Translations under genes and position numbers: made by a program
The notes under the pieces: generated by a model
The model's input: the letters and a program-made list of their open reading frames with translations, nothing else
Databases searched by the model: none
Told to the model about the DNA's origin: nothing
Origin: Armatimonadota bacterium
GTDB lineage: Bacteria; Armatimonadota; HRBIN16
DNA: 64,000 bases
NCBI GenBank assembly: GCA_963677485.1
Contig: OY781964.1
Location: forward strand, 864,001 to 928,000
Reading direction: 5' to 3'
Shown: positions 45,901 through 56,253 of the stretch, piece after piece
Layout of the letters: the number at the start of each line of letters is the position of its first letter
Numbering within the stretch: position 1 is the stretch's first letter

Positions 45901-46060
45901 TATCGAGGCCACCCGCAGCACACTCAGCATCAAAACCCGACCTGTGGAGGGTCGGTATGACTTCATCATCAACGGCAAACGGCTTAACCCCCCATTCATC
46001 TGGACGAGCAAGCTGGGCAAATCCGGGGAGTGCGTCGTGAAGCCGATGAAGCGCAAATAG
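42944..46060 (+). CDS. Large secreted putative glycoside hydrolase, (alpha/alpha)6-barrel type
   Basis: Signal peptide; SNYYDILPFGYYDAY, FNELYW, HDYGF, QNGG and a C-terminal YGFLGADARPDGLHLAPKIP sandwich. Confidence 0.6.
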   Translation: MNRHAVCIIIAGICGLLISSGVTAQSGSVASSPYWQISLANGAISSLRYDPTGQSRYGSDLVDKPLLVQSQGANITLSTSDLVIGNGCKSLTIKLPKTVSKPLTMIWPIRLSVDGYYDRLSGKTFKSASTDDPALTRFIAGSTGHTIMIESYKRVNPDALNADARSGLNLANQDGHTVIVMTRDNTQFILNHGSGGRMRFTFVNGELLDTITSPDGSISLQATNMNKAVQLERGELLPHFTFGKDTVVTNSVGGKTSLNRLFNDFYQQAAFWFPYGTGHMLWGEWGALGHAYVNGSYRNDVRNNLSKQNIGDDGYGHDGLAYAWGDQHGWPFPGGYDTRLFYVGATQISAIRHYLMWTGEYDRLKTRDYSIKGFEGQKASFARTKADSTTSLLAGNTYYQKLTSPKPFDRVELNLMVLGSDPVLSQDGITKYEVPEQGRGTIDAQPVKDVPGQTVAQVIKPSRPFNAIGFKVATYASAGNGGRLRAFKWSGNYQQTLQQKPLFERRVVEFQDCLYAYLLMPQMMPAGTEILAVLDEPTKAQSSQPPMTAYFFYNKPGVKELGPMFVGDQVRPDRSMDLIYCVRNYPGAVFRLRNSTGKLLVEKSIVIPAINGYFNVPLDKSYPAGSYTFGLIPNGALMYWNGATMASGNPGGAYVNGHSWDWLQRARRMMDYQMEYLNVRKEGVPKYDGHAGDKDHLGLAGRSVGSNYYDILPFGYYDAYGATWLYHSLDAMVELEKAYGDPEKSAYYRTFMQKSRSRFNELYWSDKGLKDGAARYIGTIDVNGGRHDYGFTVLNTMAVTYGLAPKERALAILNRLDNGKTLDGKGVWHPNDIYKWQFAPRMTTIDNQDWWAVGQKASEFPWGDQIQNGGADLYESFYDLMARLKTKGADDAYKRLMTILRRYSEPDRLTGYSPLFTGGSVQGGQAGGVGIMSSEFPETSLLASIVLYGFLGADARPDGLHLAPKIPSAQPSIQAQNIFYHGTYFDIEATRSTLSIKTRPVEGRYDFIINGKRLNPPFIWTSKLGKSGECVVKPMKRK

Positions 46061-46146
46061 CGGGCTTAGAAGATACGCATTTCTGCAGGTATATTGCACA
46101 GCCCCCGGCTGTTGACGTGGGTTATTAACTGGACCAGAGCGGGCGT

Positions 46147-46372
46147 CCCTCCGGACACCCACGAAGTGGGTAAGATTCTTACAGCCACGGGTAAGCGAAG
46201 CGCAACCCGTGGTATGCTGTGCATCAATCCTACCCCGAAGTGGGTCGCACCTGATGGTCACGGCAAACGACCCACGTTCGTGGGTAGATAATATCGGACT
46301 ACCTCCACGGGTTTCGCTGGCGCTCACCCGTGGCTATAAGAACCGCTACCCACTTCGTGGGTGCCCGGAAGG
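46147..46372. repeat. REPIN/MITE-like nested palindrome (about 226 bp)
   Basis: 46147-46212 is a near-perfect inverted repeat of 46305-46372; each arm contains ACCCAC-GAA-GTGGGT and CCACGGGT...ACCCGTGG hairpins; there is an inner pair of CCCAC/GTGGG hairpins. Confidence 0.85.
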
Positions 46373-46642
46373 TATCTACCGTTCAAAATATACGGGTGAT
46401 GGATTAGGCTTTCAGCCCGCGGTATCGTGGCTGATCACCTGCGTCCACACCGGTGGCGGTTGTGGACTGGTCGGCTATCCACCAGACCGGCGCGGTCTTG
46501 AGCCTTCTGCTATTGTTCGCGTACTGACAGACCGCCCCGGACATAGCCATGCAAATCTCAGTAGATACGAAACACACATAGCATAAAACCACCCCAATGT
46601 GCGACTATACTGTTAGATAATAACCCCGCGAAAGGTGATCCC

Positions 46643-48793
46643 ATGACAAACAACAAGCCATCATCGCAAGACTACATACCGTTCGGTGCCCAATATTACC
46701 GCGCCCCCACACCAAATCGCTCCGAGTGGGCGAAAGACCTCGATCAATTCAAGGCCGCTGGTTTCAACACCCTGAAATACTGGGCGCAGTGGCGCTGGAA
46801 CAACCCAAGGCCGGGTGAGTATGACTTCACCGACCTGGATGAGTTGATGGACCTGGCGGCTGAACGCGGCCTGAAGGTGATCATCAACGTCATCTTTGAT
46901 GTCGCCCCCTCCTGGCTGTTCAAGCAATACCCGGAGTGCCGTATGGTCACCGCTGATGGCCGCATGGTGGGCCCAGCCGTCAACGCCTGCCGACAGATCG
47001 GCGGGGTGCCAGGCCCCTGCTTGAACCACCCAGAATCGCAAGAAGTCAGAATGCAGTTCCTGCAGGCCACCGTCCAGCGATATGCAAGCCACCCGGCACT
47101 CGACATCTGGGATCTGTGGAACGAACCAGAGTTGACCTGCTGCCTGATGCGGGAGCCCTCGGTGGAGAACCAGGTCTGCTACTGCCCCAGTTGTGCCTCG
47201 CAATTCATTGAGTGGCTGCAGAAGAAATTCGGCTCGCTTGAAGCGGTCAATGCGCGCTGGGGACGCAACTATCAGAGCTGGGAAGAGCTGGAGCTGCCGG
47301 TCATGCCCCACGCATTTGGCGATATCATCGACTGGCGCATGTTCCAGGTGAACACCATCACTGCGGAAATGCAGCGGCGGGCCGACGTCACCCGCCAGTG
47401 CGACCATAACCACCAGGTGATGTGCCACACCGTGCCGATGCCGGTGTTCAACCCTGTCACGTGTGCATCCGATGACTGGGCGCTGGCGGAAATCGGTGAC
47501 CTGCACGGCAACAGCCTGGGCAGTGACCCCTTCGCCGCGGACCTGATCCGCTCCGCCGCTCGCGGCAAGAAGGTGATCAACGCCGAAATCCACGCGCTGC
47601 CCGGCTCCAGCCTGGCGCGTGTCCACCCCATCGGGCTGGCTGAAATGCAGCGACACATCTTTATCCCGCTGGGGCACGGCATCAAGGGCTTTGTTTTCTG
47701 GCAGTATCGGCCGGAGCTGCTCGGGCTGGAGTCACCAGCATGGGGCCTGACCAACCCTGACGGCAGCCCTGCCCCATGGCATGAAGACACCGCCAAGATC
47801 AACGCGATGCTTCAGCAGAATGCCGCGTTTTTGAACAACGCGGAGCCGCAGGGTGAGGAGATCGGCATCTTCTACCACCCCGAGAACCATGTCTTTAGCT
47901 GGTGCTGCTACGACTTCGGAATGCACGACCAGGCGGTGCAAGGCGTCTACCAGACGCTGTATAACAACAACTACCGCGTGCGGTTTATCCACCCCAGCGA
48001 TATGCAGCACGGCATCCCAAAAAGCTGCCGCACCATCATCTACCCATTCCCCTATGTGCTCGATAAGCCCACCGCTGACGGCCTGAAATTGTGGGTGGAA
48101 CAGGGGGGCAGCCTCATCGGTGAGGCCTTCTTTGGCAATCTGGTACGTGAAAACAGCATGCACAGCATGACGGTGCCTGGATATGGCTTCGATGAGGTGT
48201 TTGGAGCACGCGAAGGCGTGGTTCAGCCGTTCACCGCCCAAGCCGACCTCTACCGAGGCGGCCGCGAGCTTGGCATGTCGCAGCTTGGCCCCATTATCAC
48301 CACCACGGTTGATATGCCGGGTCTGGCCGCTGGTCACCACGCGCAGGGCTTCCTGGTGCATATCCCGCTGATTACTTCTAGCGCGAAGACCTTGGCCACC
48401 TTCGGTGACGGATCGCCCGCCATCACCCGGAACAACTACGGCAAGGGACAGGCCGTGCTCTGCGGCACGATGCTCTCACGAGCCGCCAAGCAAGACCCGG
48501 AGGCGCTCAAACTGTTGGCCGCGCTGGTGGCCAGCCTCGCGCCCAAGGCGCAGGTCGCCTGCACAGACGGAGCCGTGCGCGTGGATGTCATCACCGATGG
48601 CTCGCGGCACGCGCTGGTGGTACAGAACCTGCACGCCGAACCCAAGCAGATGCTCATACGACCCAACGTAGGCATATCTGCCGTGCCGATTGTCAACGCA
48701 ATGACAGGCCAGCAGACGGAGTGGGACGATCAGGCGGCTGGCTGGAACCTGACATTAGCGCCATCCGCCGTCGAGCTCTACTTCACAAAGTAG
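46643..48793 (+). CDS. Beta-galactosidase family protein, GH42-like
   Basis: FGAQYY, GEYDFTDLD, WDLWNEP, CYCPSC, DWRMF and FWQYR; C-terminal trimerisation-type domain. Confidence 0.85.
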   Translation: MTNNKPSSQDYIPFGAQYYRAPTPNRSEWAKDLDQFKAAGFNTLKYWAQWRWNNPRPGEYDFTDLDELMDLAAERGLKVIINVIFDVAPSWLFKQYPECRMVTADGRMVGPAVNACRQIGGVPGPCLNHPESQEVRMQFLQATVQRYASHPALDIWDLWNEPELTCCLMREPSVENQVCYCPSCASQFIEWLQKKFGSLEAVNARWGRNYQSWEELELPVMPHAFGDIIDWRMFQVNTITAEMQRRADVTRQCDHNHQVMCHTVPMPVFNPVTCASDDWALAEIGDLHGNSLGSDPFAADLIRSAARGKKVINAEIHALPGSSLARVHPIGLAEMQRHIFIPLGHGIKGFVFWQYRPELLGLESPAWGLTNPDGSPAPWHEDTAKINAMLQQNAAFLNNAEPQGEEIGIFYHPENHVFSWCCYDFGMHDQAVQGVYQTLYNNNYRVRFIHPSDMQHGIPKSCRTIIYPFPYVLDKPTADGLKLWVEQGGSLIGEAFFGNLVRENSMHSMTVPGYGFDEVFGAREGVVQPFTAQADLYRGGRELGMSQLGPIITTTVDMPGLAAGHHAQGFLVHIPLITSSAKTLATFGDGSPAITRNNYGKGQAVLCGTMLSRAAKQDPEALKLLAALVASLAPKAQVACTDGAVRVDVITDGSRHALVVQNLHAEPKQMLIRPNVGISAVPIVNAMTGQQTEWDDQAAGWNLTLAPSAVELYFTK

Positions 48794-48806
48794 GGCTCCA
48801 ACCGAA

Positions 48807-51794
48807 ATGAGGACACAGATGAACACGGTGATCAGTCAGATATGCATCCTGGCGTTAGTGGTTATGGCAACCGGATGGTCACACGCGGCTAAAGCCGCTG
48901 ACCCCATCAACACCCCTCTGGTGAAAGACATCGACATCACCGCGAACTGGCTGTCTTCAGACGGAATGCAGCCCGGCCTGCAGGTGAAAGAACCCGCCGT
49001 CAAGCCGGGCAGCCTGAAGAGCTTCAAGCAGAGCCTGCGACTGCCAGCGGGTCAGCACACCATCGAGATTCGCTACGAGCCTGCTCAGGATGTCATCCCA
49101 GACCAGGCACTGGGTGGCGTGCGGAGTCAAGTGAAGGTGCTCAGCATCAACGGTAAACCGCTGCTGCTGAACTTCACCCCTGACGCACAAAATCCCGAGC
49201 TCTTGACGGCCACCGCCAGTTTCACCGCCACGACAGCGCCTTTGCTGCTCCAACTGGACATCTGCGCCACCCGGCCGTTCATCACCATACTCCACCTCGG
49301 CGAGGGGATTGTGAGCAAATCCCGCTTTGCCGGTGTCAACCCAGAGAAAAGCGGTGAGCTGCTGCTGGTGAAGGGTATCCCCTTCATGCTGCGCGGCAAA
49401 CTAACCTGGCAAAACAACCTGATCGAGCCTGATGCTGACCGTCAGGATTTACACCCGTGGACATCCACTGGCCTGCGGTATGAGCTCGGAGGCCAGACCG
49501 CCAAGCGTATCCACTTCCTGGGCATGATCCCCAGCGTCGACATTGCCAACGGCTCATGGTATGCCAAGAAGGGTGATAACGGCTACAACCACTTCGTAGG
49601 CGACAAGCTGGGCAACATCGATGTGGAATTCTCCGACGGCACCAAACAGAGCGTGCCCCTGATCATCGGATTCAACATCTGGTACGGTCGACCTTGGGAC
49701 ATCATCTGGCATTACACCTTCGTGAACCAGATATGCGGATACGCCAACAAAGACGAAGGATCGTTTGATGGTTCCGACACGGTACGGGCACTGTTCCACG
49801 ATGGTGTCTGGCTGCAGGATGCCTACCGCGTGCCAGGCTCGCGAAGCAACAACGCGCGGTACCTGTTCACACTGGATGTCGGTGGCAAAGCAGTTAAGTC
49901 GATCAATATTACAGGGGACAAGCAGTTCTACGCTCATCCGGTGGTCTCCGCTATCACTCTGGAGACCGATACGCCTGTCGTCAGTAGTGCCATGCAGGCT
50001 CTGCCCAGCCCAGCCATCAGTACTCCGCTCACTCGCCCTGTCACGCTGGCTCAAGTAAAAAGCGAGGCATGGCGGAACGGTGTCGAAGCGATGATGCGCA
50101 ACTTGTATACCTATGTGGATGACCTGCCCCTTCTGAAAGAGCCGCAGGTGACGGCTGGGTATTTCGGTCCTGACTATAACTTCCGGGGCACGCAAGAGGC
50201 GGTCTATGCGGCGACTTACCTCTACCGCAACGGCCCCGAGTGCGGCTCGTATATCGCCGATACCGGCATGGGCTGTTCGTCGCCGGTCTCCTCTGGATCT
50301 ATTGCACAATATTGTAGTGGGATGGGTGTGCGCGTATACAACATATTCAACCCCACACCCTACTACGGCAACCTGACCAACTGGTTCACGCAATATCAAA
50401 CCAAGCAGCCTGGGCAGCTTCCTGGAGCCTCCAACGGCTGGACCAGAGGCGTGGGTGAGCTTCTGCGGGAAGGTGTGGCCTTCGGATACGATAAATTCGC
50501 CAACAACTACATCGACTGGCTTGATAAATGCCTGATGACCGAAGCCAACCCTCCCCACTGGAACCGCGTGGCGGGTGCCCCCACCTTCGACACATCGAAG
50601 CGCATGGTGGGCGATACCGAAGAGCGTGGCAACCGCGAGAACGACGGTCACGGCATCTGCATGTGGGGCCGATACATGGTTTGGCACTGGCAGGGTCAGC
50701 CGCGTGAGTGGAACGAGACGCACTGGACCGCCACCAAGGCTGCCGTGGACTGGATCCAGTGGCAGTTAGATACGGACACCACCTTCCCCGGCAAGCGCAA
50801 GGACGTCCTCTACACCGAGAGTGAATGCGCGCATGGCGACTACGAAATCTACTCTACCTACAACTGCCTGCATGGCGTGATGCTGTCCATCCGCATGGCG
50901 AAGCAACTGGGCAAGCAGGATGAGGTTGAAAAGTGGACCACACTCTACAACCGCCTGCGAAAAGGCGTGATTGACAACTTGACCGACCCCAGCGAGTTTG
51001 GCCCCGTCTGGCACACCTACCCCAACACCGACTGGCAGGATCATGCCCACAAACTGGTGCCAATCCAGCTCGCCACCGAGGGTCTGAGCTATAACCCACT
51101 GCAGTATTTAGGTGCATCCGATGAGCTGGATAAGCAGATTCTTGAGATCAGCCGCAACACATACAAGTTCCTAATGAAAGAGAAGAACTACAACTGCCTG
51201 CGCATGTTCGGATATGGCCAGGGCATGATGACACAGTCGGCGTTGCTGCTGGACGAAATGGGTGATGCGGAACAATTCCTGAACACGATGCTGACGCACT
51301 GCTATCTGCCGAAATACTCAGGATGGGCCTCTCCTGAAGGCATCATCCTGCACCGCAGCGGCAAATACTATCTGCCGGTCAACGGCTATCTGGGGCAGGA
51401 CTCGCACGCCGCGGACAGCACCAAAGCGGTCCGGCTCACGATGGGCATCGATGACAACAACCCCGCAGAGCTGCACCTGGTGCCGCGTTATCCCGCCAGT
51501 TGGACTGAGATGTCGATCGCACGCTACCCAGTGCTCACTGGTGACAGCCGACAGCAGATCAGCTATCAATACACGCGGAGTGAATCGAGCCAGAGCTTCC
51601 ACTTCGAGCTAAGCCAGCGGGCTTCGGCCGTGAGCCTCCGAATGGGGCCTATTGCCGCGGGCAAAAAGGTCAAAGGTGTCACTGTTGACGGCAGTACCAC
51701 CCCCTTCGTGCTGGAGCCCTCAGGCGACAGCAACTGGGTATGGATACGCGGCATCACAGCGAAACAAGCCGACATCGTGTTGGCGATGGAATAG
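48807..51794 (+). CDS. Large secreted hypothetical protein, putative six-hairpin glycosidase
   Basis: Signal peptide; WTRGVGE, RENDGHG, KAAVDWI, YTESE and PEG motifs in a helical C-terminal half. Confidence 0.55.
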   Translation: MRTQMNTVISQICILALVVMATGWSHAAKAADPINTPLVKDIDITANWLSSDGMQPGLQVKEPAVKPGSLKSFKQSLRLPAGQHTIEIRYEPAQDVIPDQALGGVRSQVKVLSINGKPLLLNFTPDAQNPELLTATASFTATTAPLLLQLDICATRPFITILHLGEGIVSKSRFAGVNPEKSGELLLVKGIPFMLRGKLTWQNNLIEPDADRQDLHPWTSTGLRYELGGQTAKRIHFLGMIPSVDIANGSWYAKKGDNGYNHFVGDKLGNIDVEFSDGTKQSVPLIIGFNIWYGRPWDIIWHYTFVNQICGYANKDEGSFDGSDTVRALFHDGVWLQDAYRVPGSRSNNARYLFTLDVGGKAVKSINITGDKQFYAHPVVSAITLETDTPVVSSAMQALPSPAISTPLTRPVTLAQVKSEAWRNGVEAMMRNLYTYVDDLPLLKEPQVTAGYFGPDYNFRGTQEAVYAATYLYRNGPECGSYIADTGMGCSSPVSSGSIAQYCSGMGVRVYNIFNPTPYYGNLTNWFTQYQTKQPGQLPGASNGWTRGVGELLREGVAFGYDKFANNYIDWLDKCLMTEANPPHWNRVAGAPTFDTSKRMVGDTEERGNRENDGHGICMWGRYMVWHWQGQPREWNETHWTATKAAVDWIQWQLDTDTTFPGKRKDVLYTESECAHGDYEIYSTYNCLHGVMLSIRMAKQLGKQDEVEKWTTLYNRLRKGVIDNLTDPSEFGPVWHTYPNTDWQDHAHKLVPIQLATEGLSYNPLQYLGASDELDKQILEISRNTYKFLMKEKNYNCLRMFGYGQGMMTQSALLLDEMGDAEQFLNTMLTHCYLPKYSGWASPEGIILHRSGKYYLPVNGYLGQDSHAADSTKAVRLTMGIDDNNPAELHLVPRYPASWTEMSIARYPVLTGDSRQQISYQYTRSESSQSFHFELSQRASAVSLRMGPIAAGKKVKGVTVDGSTTPFVLEPSGDSNWVWIRGITAKQADIVLAME

Positions 51795-51798
51795 TCAC

Positions 51799-52800
51799 AT
51801 GTCAGTACTCAAAATCCACCTTACCTACCACTGTTCGGCGCAGTGTGACCACTGCCACCTGGTAGCCGGAACGGCGCCCTCACGGCTCATCTCACAGAAG
51901 ATGGCGATGGGTGTCATTGAAGAGCTGCAGAGGATCAACAACCTACAGTATGTGGTGATGCTGGGCGGAGAGCCCGGTCTATATCAAAAGCTCACCATCC
52001 AAATGGCGGAGTTCGTCCATGGTCTTGGCATCGGTGTGCGCGTGGAGACGAACACATCCTGGGCCACCGATGACGCGGCCACGCGGACCTTCCTGGAACC
52101 CCTCTGCCGAGTCGGCACGCATATCATGCTCAGCATAGACGCTTGCCATGAACCATTCGTGCCGCTGGAACGCGTAATCCGCGCCATCCGGGTTCTTGAT
52201 GAGCTTCATGGTGAATACACGGTTCAGGTCTCGCTTCTCGATTACCCCGCAGCACGTCAGCCGCTGGACCAGCGCACGATGGTGATGTATGCGGAAGCGA
52301 AGCGGCAGGCAGGTCACTCGTTGTCGGATCACCTCTTCCTGGGGCCAGTGTTCTTCAAGGGGCGCGGAGCCCATGCGCTGGCGCCTCTGGTTTCTGATGG
52401 CCGCGGGGTTCCTGATGCGGTTTGCGACGCCGTGCCGTGGTGGGTCAACGGGGAACAGAACACACTTGAGCTGCTCTCCCTCGACCCGGAGGGCAATATC
52501 GGCAAGGAGTGCGGGATATCATTCGGTAATGTCTACGAGAAGCCAGTGGAGGAGATACTGCATGAGTATAATGCGGAGACTCACCCGGTGATTTCCACAC
52601 TCGTCCATGATGGTCCGCTGGGATTGGCGAAAGAGGCAGTAGAGCTGGGTTACGTGATGAAGGCCGACTACGCCGACAAATGTCAGCTCTGCCAGGAAGC
52701 GCGCGAGTGGCTGGGTGACAAATACCCGCAGTATCTCACCCCGAAACATCATTACCAACTGAGAAACAACCCCAACGAATCTGTAAGAGGTGGGAATTGA
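51799..52800 (+). CDS. Radical SAM protein
   Basis: CSAQCDHC (CxxxCxxC), GGEP, VETN and SIDACH; additional C-terminal Cys residues; ATG at 51799. Confidence 0.85.
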   Translation: MSVLKIHLTYHCSAQCDHCHLVAGTAPSRLISQKMAMGVIEELQRINNLQYVVMLGGEPGLYQKLTIQMAEFVHGLGIGVRVETNTSWATDDAATRTFLEPLCRVGTHIMLSIDACHEPFVPLERVIRAIRVLDELHGEYTVQVSLLDYPAARQPLDQRTMVMYAEAKRQAGHSLSDHLFLGPVFFKGRGAHALAPLVSDGRGVPDAVCDAVPWWVNGEQNTLELLSLDPEGNIGKECGISFGNVYEKPVEEILHEYNAETHPVISTLVHDGPLGLAKEAVELGYVMKADYADKCQLCQEAREWLGDKYPQYLTPKHHYQLRNNPNESVRGGN

Positions 52801-54413
52801 ACATTATCACCCGGTATGCCCTCATCGCAGGCTTGCTGAGCATCAGCTTGCTTGGCGCTACCGCACATGCAGCAAGCCCTAGTCCGTTCATCCGAGTGGC
52901 AAAGGACAAGTTCCACTTCGAGCAAAACGGGCAGGTTTATATGCCCTTCGGAGCTTTCTACTGCGATGAACGCCATTCGGAGCTAGACCCCCTCGCCTAC
53001 TGGAATCACTTCAACAAACAGCATATCGCCGCGGATTTCAAGCTGGCCAAATCGTTGGGATGCAACACGCTGCGCCTGTTGTTCATGGGCACCGTCACCA
53101 CACTGCCCAATGGCCAACGCACGGTGCTGAATGACGATGACCTTGCTAAGATCGACTTCATACTCACCACGGCTAAAGCAAACGATCTGAGGCTGTATGT
53201 GGGGCCTCGAGTCACAGGCTCCACGCCGCAGATCACTCAGGACCAGCAGTTGTGGCTGCAACTCGTCCGCACACTTGGAAAAAGATACAAAAATGACCCC
53301 ACCATCTTTTGCTGGGAGCTGGATGCGGAGCCCACCACGCTGGTCGGTTACCCCGGTGACAAGCAGTTCTGGCAGAAGTGGTTGAAGGCCAAATACCGCA
53401 CGGATGCCGCCGTCGCGAAGGCCTGGGGTCTCGACCCTAAGACGAAGGACTGGCAGGACGCTGTCTGGACGGAGCTCACTAAAGCACTCTGGCACTCTGG
53501 GGAGATGGACACCTCACGCAACAAGAAACCAGAGCTGTGGTATCTGGATAGTCTGAACAAACCGGGTGACCAGATGCTGTTTGACTGGCAGCTCTATCGC
53601 AATGATCTTTACACCGCCAAAATCGGCAAACTATCAAAGACTTTACGTGCGGTCGATCCCAACCACCTTCAGTCCCTGGATTTCACCCTCTACACCTTCC
53701 CGCTGGTACGAAACCCAGGGGCCTGTGGCTGGGGCGGGCCATACGGTTACTCCGGCAGCGACATCAAGGCGCTCAGCAAGCTGGTGGATTTCTTTGGTGT
53801 GCACGCCTACCCATACTATGTGCCTCCGTTCAGCACCGAATGGGCGGAGAGCCTGACCAAAGACCCCAAGATATTCAACAACCAGCTCCGCTTTGTGGAG
53901 ACCTACGTGCGCTATTTCCGCGCCAACAGCGGTCTACCCGTGGTGCTCTCTGAGAACGGCTGGCACGGCGGCGATGGCGACTGGCAGAACAACACACAGC
54001 AGGACCAGCAACGATGGAACCTCGCGCTGGTAGAGGCCACCAAGGACTGCGCGGTGGGCTGGCTGAACTGGACACTGCGTGACATCCCCACGCACGACCG
54101 CGGCATCACCGCGCACAGCGGCTTAGTCGAAGCAGCCATCGCAGTCAAGCCCGACACGCAGGATATCAGCCCGCTCAGCGAGTACCTCTACGACGGGGAG
54201 CTGCCGGCAGAGCAGCAGAACAAAATCAAAGCCTGGGGCATCACCTTCAAGCAGCTCGCACAGAAGGCCGCCACCGACCCCGGCTACCGGTTCATACCGG
54301 GCAAGCAGATCACCTTCAGTAAGCGGCAGCTCTACACAGGAACGTCGACGGAAGTCGACCTGCTGCTGAAGCAGTGCCTGCAGTATGAACGCTGCGATGT
54401 GATTTTGAAATAG
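52797..54413 (+). CDS. Secreted clan GH-A TIM-barrel glycoside hydrolase (GH5/GH42-like)
   Basis: Signal peptide; LGCNTLR, RYKNDPTIFCWELDAEP, RAVDPNHL, GVHAYP and VVLSENG. Confidence 0.7.
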   Translation: MNIITRYALIAGLLSISLLGATAHAASPSPFIRVAKDKFHFEQNGQVYMPFGAFYCDERHSELDPLAYWNHFNKQHIAADFKLAKSLGCNTLRLLFMGTVTTLPNGQRTVLNDDDLAKIDFILTTAKANDLRLYVGPRVTGSTPQITQDQQLWLQLVRTLGKRYKNDPTIFCWELDAEPTTLVGYPGDKQFWQKWLKAKYRTDAAVAKAWGLDPKTKDWQDAVWTELTKALWHSGEMDTSRNKKPELWYLDSLNKPGDQMLFDWQLYRNDLYTAKIGKLSKTLRAVDPNHLQSLDFTLYTFPLVRNPGACGWGGPYGYSGSDIKALSKLVDFFGVHAYPYYVPPFSTEWAESLTKDPKIFNNQLRFVETYVRYFRANSGLPVVLSENGWHGGDGDWQNNTQQDQQRWNLALVEATKDCAVGWLNWTLRDIPTHDRGITAHSGLVEAAIAVKPDTQDISPLSEYLYDGELPAEQQNKIKAWGITFKQLAQKAATDPGYRFIPGKQITFSKRQLYTGTSTEVDLLLKQCLQYERCDVILK

Positions 54414-56253
54414 ACATCCAACGAATCACCCATGCACGGTGCGGTGGATCCAATGCCGCATCATGCATGGGTAAAAATCCCCAGCAAACCACGGCATCAC
54501 CATCGGTAAACAATACAATCCATCAAATCCCATGAGTTTCAGACCGAATGCACCTAATCGTGTAAATAACAAGGTAATATTTATAATAATAAGCACCATC
54601 ATTCGGCCAACCCGCGTTGGGGTTTGATAGAGCGTCTTGAGCGTTACCCGGTATATTTCAACACGACATCCTGGTTTTGGGAGGGTAACAATGGACGGAA
54701 GAGGCAACGACCAACCATCGCACCCTAATGGGTCTGCTCACGAACAAGTATCTCACGCCAAACCATCGGCGTTTATCGAAAATGCATCTCGAAGTGACCT
54801 TAACAAACTCAACCTGTCCCTCAAAGCCATCAGTGAGTGCAACAACGCGCTGATCCACGCGGCAGATGAAGCCGACCTGCTGTATCAGGTCTGCCGAATC
54901 ATCACCGACATCTGCGGCTATAAGCTGGCATGGATCGGCTATGCGATCCACGACGAGATGAAAAGTGTGCAACCGATCGCTCAGGTGGGATTTGACGACG
55001 GCTATCTTGATCAAGCAGGCATCACCTGGGACGACACCGAACAAGGCCGCGGCCCTACTGGCACAGCCATCCGTACGGGGAAACCATGCCTTGCCCGCGA
55101 TATCCTGACAGACCCAAACTATGCGCCATGGCGAAAACAAGCCACGAAACGCGGGTATGCCGCATCAATCGTATTACCGCTTCTCATTGAGGGTCAGGTC
55201 ATCGGAGCACTCAATGTCTACTCCTCACAACCAGACGCCTTCGATTCGGAGGAGATGGTATTGCTGACCGAGTTGGCCAAGTTCCTCTCTTTTGGGATCG
55301 CTGCCATGCGAAGCCGCCTGCAGTTGGCTGAGTCGGAACAGACCACGCGCCTCAGTGAAGAAATGCTTCGGATGCTGGGTGACAACCTTCCAGACAGCTA
55401 CGTCTACCAGTATGACTATAAGCCAGACGGCAGCCCGAGGTTTTTATATATTAGTGCCGGTTTACAGGCTCTTCACGGAGTGTCAGCCGAAGATGCTCTG
55501 CATGATGCCAGTCTGCTTTTTCGCCAAATGAAACCAGAGCAGCTTCCATCTTTCCTATCGGCTGAAGCACACAGCATGGAGACCATGACTGACTTCGAAA
55601 TGGATATGGAGATGCAGCGGACCGACGGGCAATGGCGATGGTTCAGGATGAGATCGCGTCCCCGTCTTGAAACGAGCGGACATGTGGTTTGGGACGGAGT
55701 CGCCACAGATATCACAGATCGTAAACAAGCGGAGGAAGCAAAAAAAGCACTAGAACGAAGGCTTGAGGATATCTTTGAATTCCTTCCCGACGCGACATTT
55801 ATCATTGACCAGAACCACCAGGTGGTCGCCTGGAACCGTGCTTGCGAAGTTCTGACAGGCGTGAGCAAACTGGACATGGTTGGCAAAGGCAACCACGTTT
55901 ATTCGATGCCCTTTGTGGGTGATAATCGGCCACTGCTCATTGACATGCTAGACGACCCTGACGCTGTCAGCGATCATTCTTACTCGTATTTCAAGCGTAG
56001 TGACAATCTCATCACCGCAGAGGACTATAACTACTACCTGCAAGAAGGACGGGGTCTATATCTCATCATTACCGCTGCTCCACTTTTCGACCGTAACGGT
56101 CAGCGTTGTGGAGCCATAGAATCGATCCGCGATATCACGGAACGCAGAGCAGCCGAAGTGGCACTACAGGAAAGCGAACGTAAGTATCGAGAGTTAGTAG
56201 ACAATGCGAACAGCATCATTCTGCGATGGACGCGGGACGGTCGAATATCCTAC

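Noticed and set aside
56251-56253. TAC as an alternative duplicated target (also at 57908-57910)
   Set aside because: Rejoining at TAC gives TAC TAA (stop and frameshift), whereas rejoining at CTAA restores the PAS domain
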